Assembly: GCA_016930515.1 (NCBI GenBank)
Contig: JAFGGO010000135.1
Coordinates: forward strand, 1-17,086
Reading direction: 5' to 3'
Source of the DNA: Promethearchaeota archaeon
GTDB lineage: Archaea; Asgardarchaeota; Lokiarchaeia; Sigyniarchaeales; SOKP01
DNA: 17,086 nt
The notes under the pieces were generated by a model, which saw nothing but the letters and a program-made list of their open reading frames with translations, searched no databases and had not been told where the DNA came from. The position numbers were made by a program, and so were the translations under genes. This document shows positions 1 to 9,102 of the stretch, one piece after another (position 1 is the first letter of the stretch; the number at the start of each line of letters is the position of its first letter).

Positions 1-2
1 GT

Positions 3-2879
3 AAAAGTGAGATCGACGTGGAGGTATTTTTACGTAGGGCAGAACGGCCTTTTAAAGAAAAGATTGGCGAAGATAAAGCAGAAAACATGCTGGAAAAGAT
101 TAAAAAAGCAGCTAATGAAATTCCCGCAAAATTTAGGAGGACAATAGGATCTGAAATACCAAAATATGTTTTTAATTTCTCGCAAGAAATTGAGGATATT
201 TCTCCTGAAACTGTTGAGGGCGTGCTTTTACATGTACTCTTGTTCGCAGAATCCTTGAAAGACCTCGTTAATAAAACTGGAAACGAAGTAAATAAAATGC
301 TTATCGACAGGAGCGGCAATCAAATGCGGAACCTTTCTGACCTGCTCGATGCTTTCGTAAACAAGGCAAAAATAGGCTCCGTCCTCGAAAACGCCAATAA
401 TTTTGATGGTATTCTCTCGTTTATGCTAGGTGGGAAAGTTGAGGCGAAACAATTTAGCGATGTCGATCTGTTTGTAAATCGTGCTGAGAAAAATTTCTCA
501 CAAAGACTAAGCGAAGAAAAATTAAAAGGATTCAACCAGCAATTTAATGATGTTTTACAAAAAGTTGATGGAGAAATTCAGGAATATATGAGATCGGAAC
601 TACCTAAATATTTTTTCAAGTTATCTCAGAACCTTGATGCTTTTTCAAAGGAAGTATTACAAAATATTTTAGATCACACGATATCTTTTCTCATAGCTTT
701 AGCAGATATTAGCGGAAAGACGATGGATCAAGTCAACCAAGAACTCCTGCGGAGAAGCAAGGGAGATACTAGGACCATATTGGACCTATATATTAAACTG
801 ATCCAATCTGTTTCTCAAGGCACTTGCCTTGAATCGAACGAATGCCTGGAAAACGTGATCTCTCACTTGTTTGGTAAAGAAGAAGTCCGCCAGCAGTTCT
901 CAGATATTGAAGCTTTCTTAAAACGGAGCGAGAAAAAATATGCAACGATTATCGGCGAGGATATGATTCAAATGCTCATTGAAGAATTTTTAGATGCCAT
1001 TGAAACCATCCCAGAAATTCACAGAGAATATTTAGGTTCTGATCTAGCAAAATATATTTTTAAACGCTCAGAAACCGCCTCTTATCACGAACCGGAAAAA
1101 GTCGAACTTATGTTTAACACGGCAATTATGTTTGCAAATTCTCTAAGCGAAATCGAAGATTTAAACAAGGCTGAAATAAACCAGTTCCTCATAAATAGGT
1201 CTGAACGGAAAGTGAGGAGCTTGTTTGACTTGTACATTGCCTTTTTAGAAAAAAATGCAGTGAGATCACCACTTGCCTTGGATCCTACATTTGACGAGGT
1301 TTTAAATCACACGCTAGGAAGGTATAGCGGACCGAAGATGATAGAAGACGCGGGATTAATTCACGAGATCGTGAACGATTTACATGAGGAAATACCATTA
1401 ACAAAAGAGCATTCTTCATGGGCAACGAGTATCATGAGCATTATTCCTCGATATTTGGAAATACTTCCGAACGGTAAAGGAGACCGTATAATGGATCTAC
1501 TCTGGGAAAATAAACTGTCAGAAGAGCAGATCGAAGAAGATTTTAGAACAAAAGTTGCAGAAATTCCACGAGAGCATGAAAAACCATTTCTATTCAAATT
1601 ACTTCACTTGTTAACTCATAAAATATTAATGAATGAAGAAGACGACAAGGCCTTAACTGCTGCTGTTGCTTTTCGCATATTAGGTTCGATATTTATTGAC
1701 ATGTTTAGCGGGAGGAATGCCCAAATTCGAGGGATCCGGCTCAATTCGCTTATTAAAGAACGGAAAATCGCAAACCCCGAACACAAGAATGAAATCGATG
1801 TAAATATAAAAAGGATATTAGACGAGGATCTCAAATCGTTGATGCAAAAAACAATGACTATCAACACCATTATCCCCATCATCAACAAGAAGGGTTATTT
1901 TATCAAAATTTACGATATTGTAACAAAAGATATGCCACAACCCGTTCTCAAACTCATTACTGAACGAGAGGCGGATCGTATTAAGGATATTGGCCAGGAA
2001 TACAAGAAAGAAAGCGTTTCGGGTGAACTCATACCCTTAGTAAATAACATTTTAATTCAATTGGAACTGGCACGCGGTTTTTATAAAAAATACTTTGAAG
2101 AAATGTACACTATATCGATGGACGCTCAAAAAAACATGTTGTCCTTAAGAAAATTCTTCAAGATGCTTGTGGAAATAAGCGATAATACGGAGACTATCTC
2201 TTTTTACGATTTTTCCATAGCAAATACGGAACACATCCTTTACATGGATGTTTTGAAATACCTTTACGAACTTCTCCCTGAAATCCTTAGCACGACACGA
2301 ATGATACTTACAGAACAGGAATATCAAACAAAGATAATGAAGCTCGATAAATATCTCAGCAACGAAAAGTTAGAAGAACTTCATCAAGAAATAAAACACA
2401 CCCAAGATAAAATTAATGAATATGAACAAATGGAGGAATTCGATACAACTCAAAAAATTCTCAATTTAAACAAGGCACTACAAAGAGATACAAACGAAAT
2501 CAAGTACTACGATATAATGTTTAAAGTATTGAACGAGGCTGAAAAAATACATGATGTGGTGCAATCAAGACTTGATTTTGCCAAAAAAATATTAACCTAT
2601 TCAAACTCCCTAAAAAAAGTGCATCCAAACTTACCTGCTGCCATACCCGATTATTTAGCACGATTTGCCGAATTTGGACAGGAAATAGATAAGATCGTTG
2701 ACGAACTAAAAAAGAAAAGTGAAACTGGAATCATATCCCCATTTGATCTTAAAGAACGAAACGATGCTGCTGTTGATTCTAAAAAGGAATTAAATGACCT
2801 AATTTCAAATGAGCAATTTATGGAACATTTGAATAAGATGTTAGATAATTCTAAAAAAGAATTTTTTGATTATTATTAG
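3..2879 (+). CDS. Large alpha-helical hypothetical protein with at least three N-terminal 148-aa tandem repeats and a C-terminal coiled-coil-like region; probably 5'-truncated by the window
   Basis: 953-aa ORF from GTG 18. The frame stays open to the window edge (KSEID before V18). Repeat units start at nt 18, 462 and 906. No catalytic motif recognised. Confidence 0.85.
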   Translation, partial: KSEIDVEVFLRRAERPFKEKIGEDKAENMLEKIKKAANEIPAKFRRTIGSEIPKYVFNFSQEIEDISPETVEGVLLHVLLFAESLKDLVNKTGNEVNKMLIDRSGNQMRNLSDLLDAFVNKAKIGSVLENANNFDGILSFMLGGKVEAKQFSDVDLFVNRAEKNFSQRLSEEKLKGFNQQFNDVLQKVDGEIQEYMRSELPKYFFKLSQNLDAFSKEVLQNILDHTISFLIALADISGKTMDQVNQELLRRSKGDTRTILDLYIKLIQSVSQGTCLESNECLENVISHLFGKEEVRQQFSDIEAFLKRSEKKYATIIGEDMIQMLIEEFLDAIETIPEIHREYLGSDLAKYIFKRSETASYHEPEKVELMFNTAIMFANSLSEIEDLNKAEINQFLINRSERKVRSLFDLYIAFLEKNAVRSPLALDPTFDEVLNHTLGRYSGPKMIEDAGLIHEIVNDLHEEIPLTKEHSSWATSIMSIIPRYLEILPNGKGDRIMDLLWENKLSEEQIEEDFRTKVAEIPREHEKPFLFKLLHLLTHKILMNEEDDKALTAAVAFRILGSIFIDMFSGRNAQIRGIRLNSLIKERKIANPEHKNEIDVNIKRILDEDLKSLMQKTMTINTIIPIINKKGYFIKIYDIVTKDMPQPVLKLITEREADRIKDIGQEYKKESVSGELIPLVNNILIQLELARGFYKKYFEEMYTISMDAQKNMLSLRKFFKMLVEISDNTETISFYDFSIANTEHILYMDVLKYLYELLPEILSTTRMILTEQEYQTKIMKLDKYLSNEKLEELHQEIKHTQDKINEYEQMEEFDTTQKILNLNKALQRDTNEIKYYDIMFKVLNEAEKIHDVVQSRLDFAKKILTYSNSLKKVHPNLPAAIPDYLARFAEFGQEIDKIVDELKKKSETGIISPFDLKERNDAAVDSKKELNDLISNEQFMEHLNKMLDNSKKEFFDYY
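18..1349 (+). repeat. Three diverged 444-nt (148-aa) protein-level tandem repeats
   Basis: Ungapped alignment of VEVFLRRAE/VDLFVNRAE/IEAFLKRSE, SEIPKYVF/SELPKYFF/SDLAKYIF and RSGNQMRNLSDL/RSKGDTRTILDL/RSERKVRSLFDL at an exact 148-aa period. Confidence 0.9.
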
Positions 2880-3355
2880 TGACAGCAACATTCTTCGTAA
2901 ATAATGTTCAGAGGAATGAGGTACTCATCTGCCACATCGGTTATGATTTCCATGTTTACTTTTACAACGTCTTTATTGTTTCTGATATGATAATTAATTA
3001 TTTTATCCAAATCTTCTATTTGAAAGCTAGCAACCAATACAATCAAGTTGAAATCTCCACTCGTTCTAAAGGCATTGATTAAGAAAGGACAAGATTTCAC
3101 GATGTTCATAATGGTTTCAGGCTTGTTAGTTAAAATGTCGACCTTTGCAAAATATAAATCTATTTTTTGCATGCTAATTCCTGCTTGAAATTGCAACACT
3201 CCTGAATCCTCTAATTTTCGAATTCGCATTCCAACTGTTGGTTGAGAGCGGCTTACATGCGTGGCTATTTCCGTGTGAGTTAAATTGGGTTCTTGTTGAA
3301 TTAAGCGCACTATTTTTTGGTCAATTTCATCTATCCTAAAACTTTGACTAATCAT
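2876..3355 (-). CDS. Lrp/AsnC family transcriptional regulator with C-terminal CCCH
   Basis: IDEIDQKIVRLIQ...THTEIA...SQPTVGMRIRKLEDSGVL HTH, followed by a RAM-like domain (AFRTSGDFNL). Its stop overlaps the stop of the convergent upstream ORF by 4 bp. Confidence 0.92.
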   Translation of the reverse strand: MISQSFRIDEIDQKIVRLIQQEPNLTHTEIATHVSRSQPTVGMRIRKLEDSGVLQFQAGISMQKIDLYFAKVDILTNKPETIMNIVKSCPFLINAFRTSGDFNLIVLVASFQIEDLDKIINYHIRNNKDVVKVNMEIITDVADEYLIPLNIIYEECCCH

Positions 3356-3602
3356 TTAATCATCCGATCATTTTATTTATTGCTTATTCGATATGAACCA
3401 GATAAATGCGATTTGAAAGGTTGAATTCGTCTACCAATATTTCCCTTGATTCATTATTCGAATTTATCAAAGGAATTTTTATCACCTTTTTTAGGCTCTT
3501 AGAATAATAATTCAGGTATATTTTTTTTAATTCCTTATCAAAATCCACAAAAGACTTCATGATTCATTATCGATTATTTGAGCTATATTGATATATAACG
3601 AT

Positions 3603-3626
3603 ATGGCAATATTTAAATATTTCCAT
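3603..3626. promoter_or_regulatory. 24-bp near-perfect palindrome in the divergent lrp/arsR intergenic region; candidate operator
   Basis: ATGGCAATATTTAAATATTTCCAT has a single mismatched pair and a perfect 14-bp core. Confidence 0.45.
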
Positions 3627-3705
3627 CACCCTATATTTACATATAAATAATAATTTTTTATATTGATATACCAAAATTACACTTAATTACTTGAATTATT
3701 GAAAA

Positions 3706-4056
3706 ATGAGCATTTTAACAAAAAATACAGCAGATTTTCTTAAAGTCTTAGGAGATCAAACGCGCCTTGAAATTTTAGAACTCTTGAAAAAAGGGTCAAT
3801 GTCTTCAAGGGATATTGAAGTCGAACTTGATAAAAAACAACCAACCATATCACAGCAACTTAAAATCCTCTATAAATCAGACCTTATCAGCTACGAATTA
3901 AGACAAAATTCAAATGGAAATAATACAAAATATTACACATTCAAGGATAAGGAAATATTTAATCTATTATCGAGCGTGAACTCTTTTATTTTAAAAAAAA
4001 ACAACGAAAAGGTAAAAAATTTAGCTGATCTTGATGTGCTTGATACTTTATCTTGA
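3706..4056 (+). CDS. ArsR/SmtB family winged-HTH regulator, lacking Cys and His
   Basis: FLKVLGDQTRLEILELL...QPTISQQLKILYKSDLI...KYY is the ArsR signature. Confidence 0.9.
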   Translation: MSILTKNTADFLKVLGDQTRLEILELLKKGSMSSRDIEVELDKKQPTISQQLKILYKSDLISYELRQNSNGNNTKYYTFKDKEIFNLLSSVNSFILKKNNEKVKNLADLDVLDTLS

Positions 4057-4106
4057 ATAATATGCTCTTTTGAGGAAAAAATCGTTAGCTTGGAGTATAG
4101 AAAAAA

Positions 4107-4649
4107 TTGGAAAAGCAAGAGAAACAAGATAAAAAAAAAATAATCTTAGTCGGCATAGATAAGGCGGGAAAAACATCAATTGTTCAGAGTCTTCAAGGAA
4201 TCCGTAATTTAACAGCCTTTAATTCCCTTGTCCCTACGCGAGAATTCAATAGCATTAAGTTCCAAGCAATGGGATTAAATTATTTAATATTAGATCTTGG
4301 AGGTCAAGAATCTTATCGGTTTCGTCATTTAGAAAAATTCGAAGAGCACATACTAGAAGCTAGCAAGATTATTTATGTGATTGATATCCTGGATCGCAAT
4401 CGATACAATTTAAGCTTGGAATATTTGGAGAAGATAATAGATAAATTAAAAAATATACCAATAAATGTTGAGATTTCAATATTTTTTCACAAATACGACC
4501 CCGATTTAGAACCTAAAATCGAAGAATTAGCCCAAAAATCCATGAAGGAGCTCATTGAAAGAATAAAAGTTATAATACCTAACAATTTTAATTATTCAAT
4601 TTTTAAGACTTCAATTTATACCATTTTTGAAAAGTCTAAAATAGATTGA
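4107..4649 (+). CDS. Ras-superfamily small GTPase, Arf/Rag(Gtr)-like
   Basis: G1 GIDKAGKT, G2 PT, G3 DLGGQ, IIYVID strand, G4 HKYD, G5 TSIY. TTG start is uncertain. Confidence 0.92.
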   Translation: MEKQEKQDKKKIILVGIDKAGKTSIVQSLQGIRNLTAFNSLVPTREFNSIKFQAMGLNYLILDLGGQESYRFRHLEKFEEHILEASKIIYVIDILDRNRYNLSLEYLEKIIDKLKNIPINVEISIFFHKYDPDLEPKIEELAQKSMKELIERIKVIIPNNFNYSIFKTSIYTIFEKSKID

Positions 4650-4722
4650 TACGATTTATTATTATAAACGACTTTATTTTTATAGGTGTTATATTCTGTC
4701 CTCACCCAAGCAGGATCGATTT

Positions 4723-7308
4723 ATGAAAGGAATAGAAGAAATAGGCAAAGAATACCTCATTATAATATTTATTCTTTTTATCACATTTCTAACGCAATAT
4801 TACAATTTTTTGCTATTTCACTCTATTGCTGAACTATTTAGCATCATAATCGCAGGTGGAATATTCGTAATAGGATGGAATTCCAAAAAATACATGGATA
4901 GTTCCTTTTTCTTAATCATAGGAGTTTCTTTTCTATTTATCGGAATTTTAGACCTCTTACATACTTTATCGTACAAGGGAATGGGTATATTTATAGAATA
5001 CGGATCCAATTTGCCCACACAATTATGGATTTCAGCTCGATATCTCGAAATATTATCGTTTCTACTCGCAATTTGGCGAATAAACAAAAAAGTACACTCT
5101 TCTTATTTAATCAGTGGATATATGATCATTACAAGCATATTAATCGTATTAATTTTCACAGGAATTTTTCCAACATGTTATATTGAAGGAATTGGCTTGA
5201 CGATGTTTAAGATAACTAGCGAATATATCATAGTTTCGCTCCTGATTCTCTCATTCTTTTTTATAGTCAAGCTTCGAAAGGAATTTAGTAAAAACATTTA
5301 CCGCTGCTTATTAATTTTCATTATCTCAACTATTATCTCTGAAATGGCTTTCACATTTTATATAGGAGTCTATGATTTCTCAAATTTATTAGGCCATATT
5401 TTCAAGATCGGAGCCTTTTATTTCCTCTACAAGGCAATTATCCAAAAGGGTATAGAAAATCCGTTCATATTACTTCACGATAAACTCAGTAATTCAGAAA
5501 AAAAATTTCGCTTCGCTTTTGATAACGCCGCAGATGCCATTCTATGGATTAACGAAAAGGAGAGAAATATAATTAATTGTAATAAAGCGGCTGAACACTT
5601 GTTAGGTAAAAAAAGGGATCAAATTATCGGAACGCCATTATCGGAAATACACGATCATCCGGATCAAGAAAATTTATCTCAATCAATAACCGATTTCTTA
5701 GAACGAGTCGGGAACATAAATATGGATGGTATTGTTGTTTCTAATTCTGGAGAAGTGATACCTGTAAACATTAACGCTTCTCATGTGATTGTTGATAATC
5801 AGAGAGTCATTCAAGAGCTCATTAGAGACATCTCTGTAAGAAAAAAGATTGAAGAATTGAACTACAAGCTTGCATCAATTGTAGATACAACTGACGATGC
5901 AATTATTGGAAAGGAATTAAATGGAACTATAACAAGCTGGAATAAAGGAGCAGAGAGATTATATGGCTATCAAGAAGAAGAAATCCTAGGAAAAAATATT
6001 AGGGTAACATTTCTTCCAGATAAAGAAAATGAATTAGACTACATTATGGATATCATAAAAAAAGACGCTTCGATCGCGCGCTACGAGGCAATGCGTCTAA
6101 GAAAAGATGGCAGCGAGATTGTAGTATCTTTAACAATTTCTCCTATAAAAGATGAAAAAGGAACCATCATTGGAGCGTCTACGATTAGCCGGAACATAAC
6201 GGAAAAGAAAAAGATGGAAGAACAATTAGCGGCTTCAGAAGAAAAATATCGGAACTTGTTTAGCACAGCTCCTTTTGGAATCGTACTTTTTACTCTGGAT
6301 GGAACAATTATTGATACCAACCTCGCAATATCAGATATTATAGGTTATTCAAGCGAAGAATTGATTGGAAAAAATTTTCGAAATGTGATAGTTCCCTCCG
6401 AAAGCCAATTTCTCGATTATTCGAGAAGAGAAGAACTTGCACGCCAGAATATCATTCCCGAACCGAGAGAAATTATCTTGAATAAAAAAGACGGAAGTGA
6501 TATCTGGATATCGTCTAAATTATCTTTCGTTGAGATCGGAGGTAAAAAATTCATACAAGCCCTTATTAACGATGTAACTCGTAGGAAACAAGCAGAAAAA
6601 AGATTAGAACAATTTGTTTCTACTGTATCTCACGAGTTGCGAACTCCAATCACAGTATTATCAATGTCAACTGATTATTTAATCAATTCAAAGGGTGAGA
6701 TATCTGATGAAATAAAAAATAATTTATTAAATGCAATATCACGTAATACATCGTTATTGGCAGAATTAATTGAAGATCTTTTAATTATCTCAAAAATGGA
6801 CGAAAAAAAACTTCGTTTAACTAAGAAAGAATATAATCCAAAAAAAATTGTTGATGACATCATAAAAACAATGGTTCCTGTATCAGAAGAGAAAAATCTA
6901 AAATTTTTGGTTGATATTGACGAAGATCTGAACCTTATTGGTGATTATAAGAGAATAGAACAGGTTTTTCGAATTTTGATCGACAACGCAATAAAATATT
7001 CTGAAAAAAATCCTCAAATCCATATTAAAGCAATCTCTAATTATGAAGGAAAACTCAATCCCAAAAAAATCCCTGGAGTTTTATTTCAAATCTCGGATAA
7101 TGGAATGGGGATGCGAGAAAAAGATCTCAATCATTTATTTGAGCGTTTTTATCGTTCTGATGATGTCGCTGATATCCCTGGAACGGGTTTAGGATTAAGC
7201 ATAGCAAAAGATCTTATTGAATTACACGATGGAAAGATCCATGTCGAAAGCCAATTTGGTAAAGGAACAAATATTTCTATCTTTTTTCCTTTTTTAGAAA
7301 ATATTTAA
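4723..7308 (+). CDS. Membrane sensor histidine kinase: MASE3 + 3 PAS + HisKA + HATPase
   Basis: MASE3-type motifs (FHSIAELFSIIIA, DLLHTLSYKGM, NLPTQLWISARY). PAS motifs NKAAE, WNKGAERLYGY and IGYSSEELIG. H-box SHELRTP (H637), N-box LIDNAIKYS, DNGMG, LFERFYR, GTGLGLSI. Confidence 0.95.
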   Translation: MKGIEEIGKEYLIIIFILFITFLTQYYNFLLFHSIAELFSIIIAGGIFVIGWNSKKYMDSSFFLIIGVSFLFIGILDLLHTLSYKGMGIFIEYGSNLPTQLWISARYLEILSFLLAIWRINKKVHSSYLISGYMIITSILIVLIFTGIFPTCYIEGIGLTMFKITSEYIIVSLLILSFFFIVKLRKEFSKNIYRCLLIFIISTIISEMAFTFYIGVYDFSNLLGHIFKIGAFYFLYKAIIQKGIENPFILLHDKLSNSEKKFRFAFDNAADAILWINEKERNIINCNKAAEHLLGKKRDQIIGTPLSEIHDHPDQENLSQSITDFLERVGNINMDGIVVSNSGEVIPVNINASHVIVDNQRVIQELIRDISVRKKIEELNYKLASIVDTTDDAIIGKELNGTITSWNKGAERLYGYQEEEILGKNIRVTFLPDKENELDYIMDIIKKDASIARYEAMRLRKDGSEIVVSLTISPIKDEKGTIIGASTISRNITEKKKMEEQLAASEEKYRNLFSTAPFGIVLFTLDGTIIDTNLAISDIIGYSSEELIGKNFRNVIVPSESQFLDYSRREELARQNIIPEPREIILNKKDGSDIWISSKLSFVEIGGKKFIQALINDVTRRKQAEKRLEQFVSTVSHELRTPITVLSMSTDYLINSKGEISDEIKNNLLNAISRNTSLLAELIEDLLIISKMDEKKLRLTKKEYNPKKIVDDIIKTMVPVSEEKNLKFLVDIDEDLNLIGDYKRIEQVFRILIDNAIKYSEKNPQIHIKAISNYEGKLNPKKIPGVLFQISDNGMGMREKDLNHLFERFYRSDDVADIPGTGLGLSIAKDLIELHDGKIHVESQFGKGTNISIFFPFLENI

Positions 7309-8244
7309 ATGTTGCTGACAAATACCATGCAAGAAGAATTAAAAATAAAAAAAGACCTTATGGGCTTCCGGATATTAGTTGTAGACGATAATAAAGACAT
7401 CTTATTTAATATCCAGCTCATTTTAGAATCTAGGGGGATTAATGTTATTCCCGCTCGAAATGGAAAGGAAGCTTTAGCGATACTTTCAGATTCGGATGAA
7501 GTCCCCGACATGATCATTAGCGATATAATGATGCCACAGATGAATGGCTACGATTTTTTTAAAACTGTTTCAACAAATTCTCGATTAAGTTCCATACCTT
7601 TTATCTTTCTCACGGCGCGATCCTCTCCAGAAGACGTGAGATTAGGTAAATTACTGGGTGTAGACGATTACATAACTAAGCCAATAAACGAAAAAGACTT
7701 GGTTGCCATCGTTCAAGGTAAAATCTCTCGATTTAATAAAATTAAAAACTACAACAATATACTTCTTGAAGCGTTTAGAGAAATTAATTTAAGTCTCGAT
7801 CCTTCCGTTTCGAAGGAAGAAGTGGATTTAATCCTGTTGTTACTGATGTATTGGGACGATGCATATGGTCCGGAATTATTAAAATATCATCCAAGCGAGA
7901 AAAAAATCCCTTATTCCATAGAAAATATCGGTTTTCAATTATTTAACGCTGCAAGCCTCATTTATGGTCAAGGACGAATGCTTAAAGCGGAAGGGATATT
8001 GTTAAACATCGATAATATAAAAATGAGTGCATATGTATATTTTAATGCTCAAGAGGATAACTCTACTAGATCGGGACAGAGATTGTACATGCTTTCTGTT
8101 ATTGCACCTAAAATCAACTATTTTGAATCTTTACAGATCAAGGAGGTCCTTGCAAGAATATTTTCAAATGTGAAAGAAAATGTAGAATGGAATGTAGAGC
8201 ATTACTATAGTGATGTTATAAAAATACTTTCTTCAAATATATAA
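7309..8244 (+). CDS. Response regulator: REC domain fused to a C-terminal longin/uDENN-like domain
   Basis: REC motifs ILVVDDN, DMIISDIMMPQMNG (D72), FLTA and DDYITKP. The C-terminal domain has YWDDAYGPELL..HP and EDNSTRSGQRLYMLSVI. The ATG directly follows the kinase stop; the true start could be 7327 or 7360. REC call is secure, longin call is by-eye inference. Confidence 0.88.
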   Translation: MLLTNTMQEELKIKKDLMGFRILVVDDNKDILFNIQLILESRGINVIPARNGKEALAILSDSDEVPDMIISDIMMPQMNGYDFFKTVSTNSRLSSIPFIFLTARSSPEDVRLGKLLGVDDYITKPINEKDLVAIVQGKISRFNKIKNYNNILLEAFREINLSLDPSVSKEEVDLILLLLMYWDDAYGPELLKYHPSEKKIPYSIENIGFQLFNAASLIYGQGRMLKAEGILLNIDNIKMSAYVYFNAQEDNSTRSGQRLYMLSVIAPKINYFESLQIKEVLARIFSNVKENVEWNVEHYYSDVIKILSSNI

Positions 8245-8404
8245 AATTCTTGAATATGGGTTTTATCTCTTTAGTTATAAAGACATCTAAATTTATAAAA
8301 TATAATTGCAAAGTTAAATTGCATTATCAGCAATTATTATATGTTTTATATCTTTATATAAAACAAAGCCAAAGTAGTTATAATCACGAAAAGTTACGAT
8401 TTAA

Positions 8405-8977
8405 ATGGACATGAAAAAAAAAAGTTTCAACGAATTGCTGGGTATAGACGAGGCCGATAAGAAGATCATTGAAATGATCGAAGAGAATCCCGATATCACG
8501 CACTCTAGAATAGCGGAAGAAATAGACAAATCTCAACCCGCCGTGGGTGCGCGGATTATTAAGCTTGAGAGAAAAAACCTTTTGACAAAACAAGTGGGAT
8601 TTAACATAAAAGAAGTGGATATAAAAGTAGCTATTGTATATATATCGACTAAAGATGTTGATGGTATCGTGGAAAAAATCATATCTTGTCCATTTATTAA
8701 CCACGCGTTTAAAATCTCAGGTGAATTCAATTTATTATGCTTCATCGCTGCATCGGATCTACAAACAATCGAGAAACTCGTAGATCTCTGTTTCAGGAAG
8801 GATCCAGAAGTTATAAATGTAAAAACAAACATATTAATCGAATCGATTCACGATTTCGTCGTTCCTATTGATTTTACAATAGAAAAATTTGATGGAAAGT
8901 TCTGTGGACCTGGATGCAACATGAGGCAAGAATCGCCTAAATTCAAGTTTGACAAGCCAAAACAAGTGGAAGAATAA
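8405..8977 (+). CDS. Lrp/AsnC family regulator with C-terminal CxxxC
   Basis: IDEADKKIIEMI...THSRIA...SQPAVGARIIKLE HTH, AFKISGEFNL, tail FCGPGC. Confidence 0.92.
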   Translation: MDMKKKSFNELLGIDEADKKIIEMIEENPDITHSRIAEEIDKSQPAVGARIIKLERKNLLTKQVGFNIKEVDIKVAIVYISTKDVDGIVEKIISCPFINHAFKISGEFNLLCFIAASDLQTIEKLVDLCFRKDPEVINVKTNILIESIHDFVVPIDFTIEKFDGKFCGPGCNMRQESPKFKFDKPKQVEE

Positions 8978-9102
8978 TCTTGTAAGAAGTAATTTAAGAA
9001 TATCAATTAAAATCGTTTTTTTCTGAAAATTCTTTCATAACTTTAGATACTTTAAAATAATCCCATCTATGGATATTTTAAATCATTTAACTAAATAGGA
9101 AT

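Noticed and set aside
320-2327. Short minus-strand ORFs (320-535, 1361-1597, 1616-1888, 2145-2327)
   Set aside because: They are antisense shadows of the 953-aa gene with no motifs.
3356-3575. Possible small ORF or pseudogene, and an imperfect GATTCATTAT repeat, upstream of the first lrp
   Set aside because: All frames checked contain early stops, and a 10-bp AT-rich repeat is too weak on its own.
4054-4649. TGA stops of ArsR and the GTPase read as selenocysteine or as read-through giving an ArsR-GTPase fusion
   Set aside because: The read-through frames close soon after, ArsR is not in frame with the GTPase, there is no redox motif context, and no SECIS-like element was seen.
8303-8338. 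TTGCA-containing repeats resembling the Sulfolobus Ss-LrpB box upstream of the lrp at 8405
   Set aside because: The spacing does not fit the 15-bp box and the AT-rich context makes chance likely.
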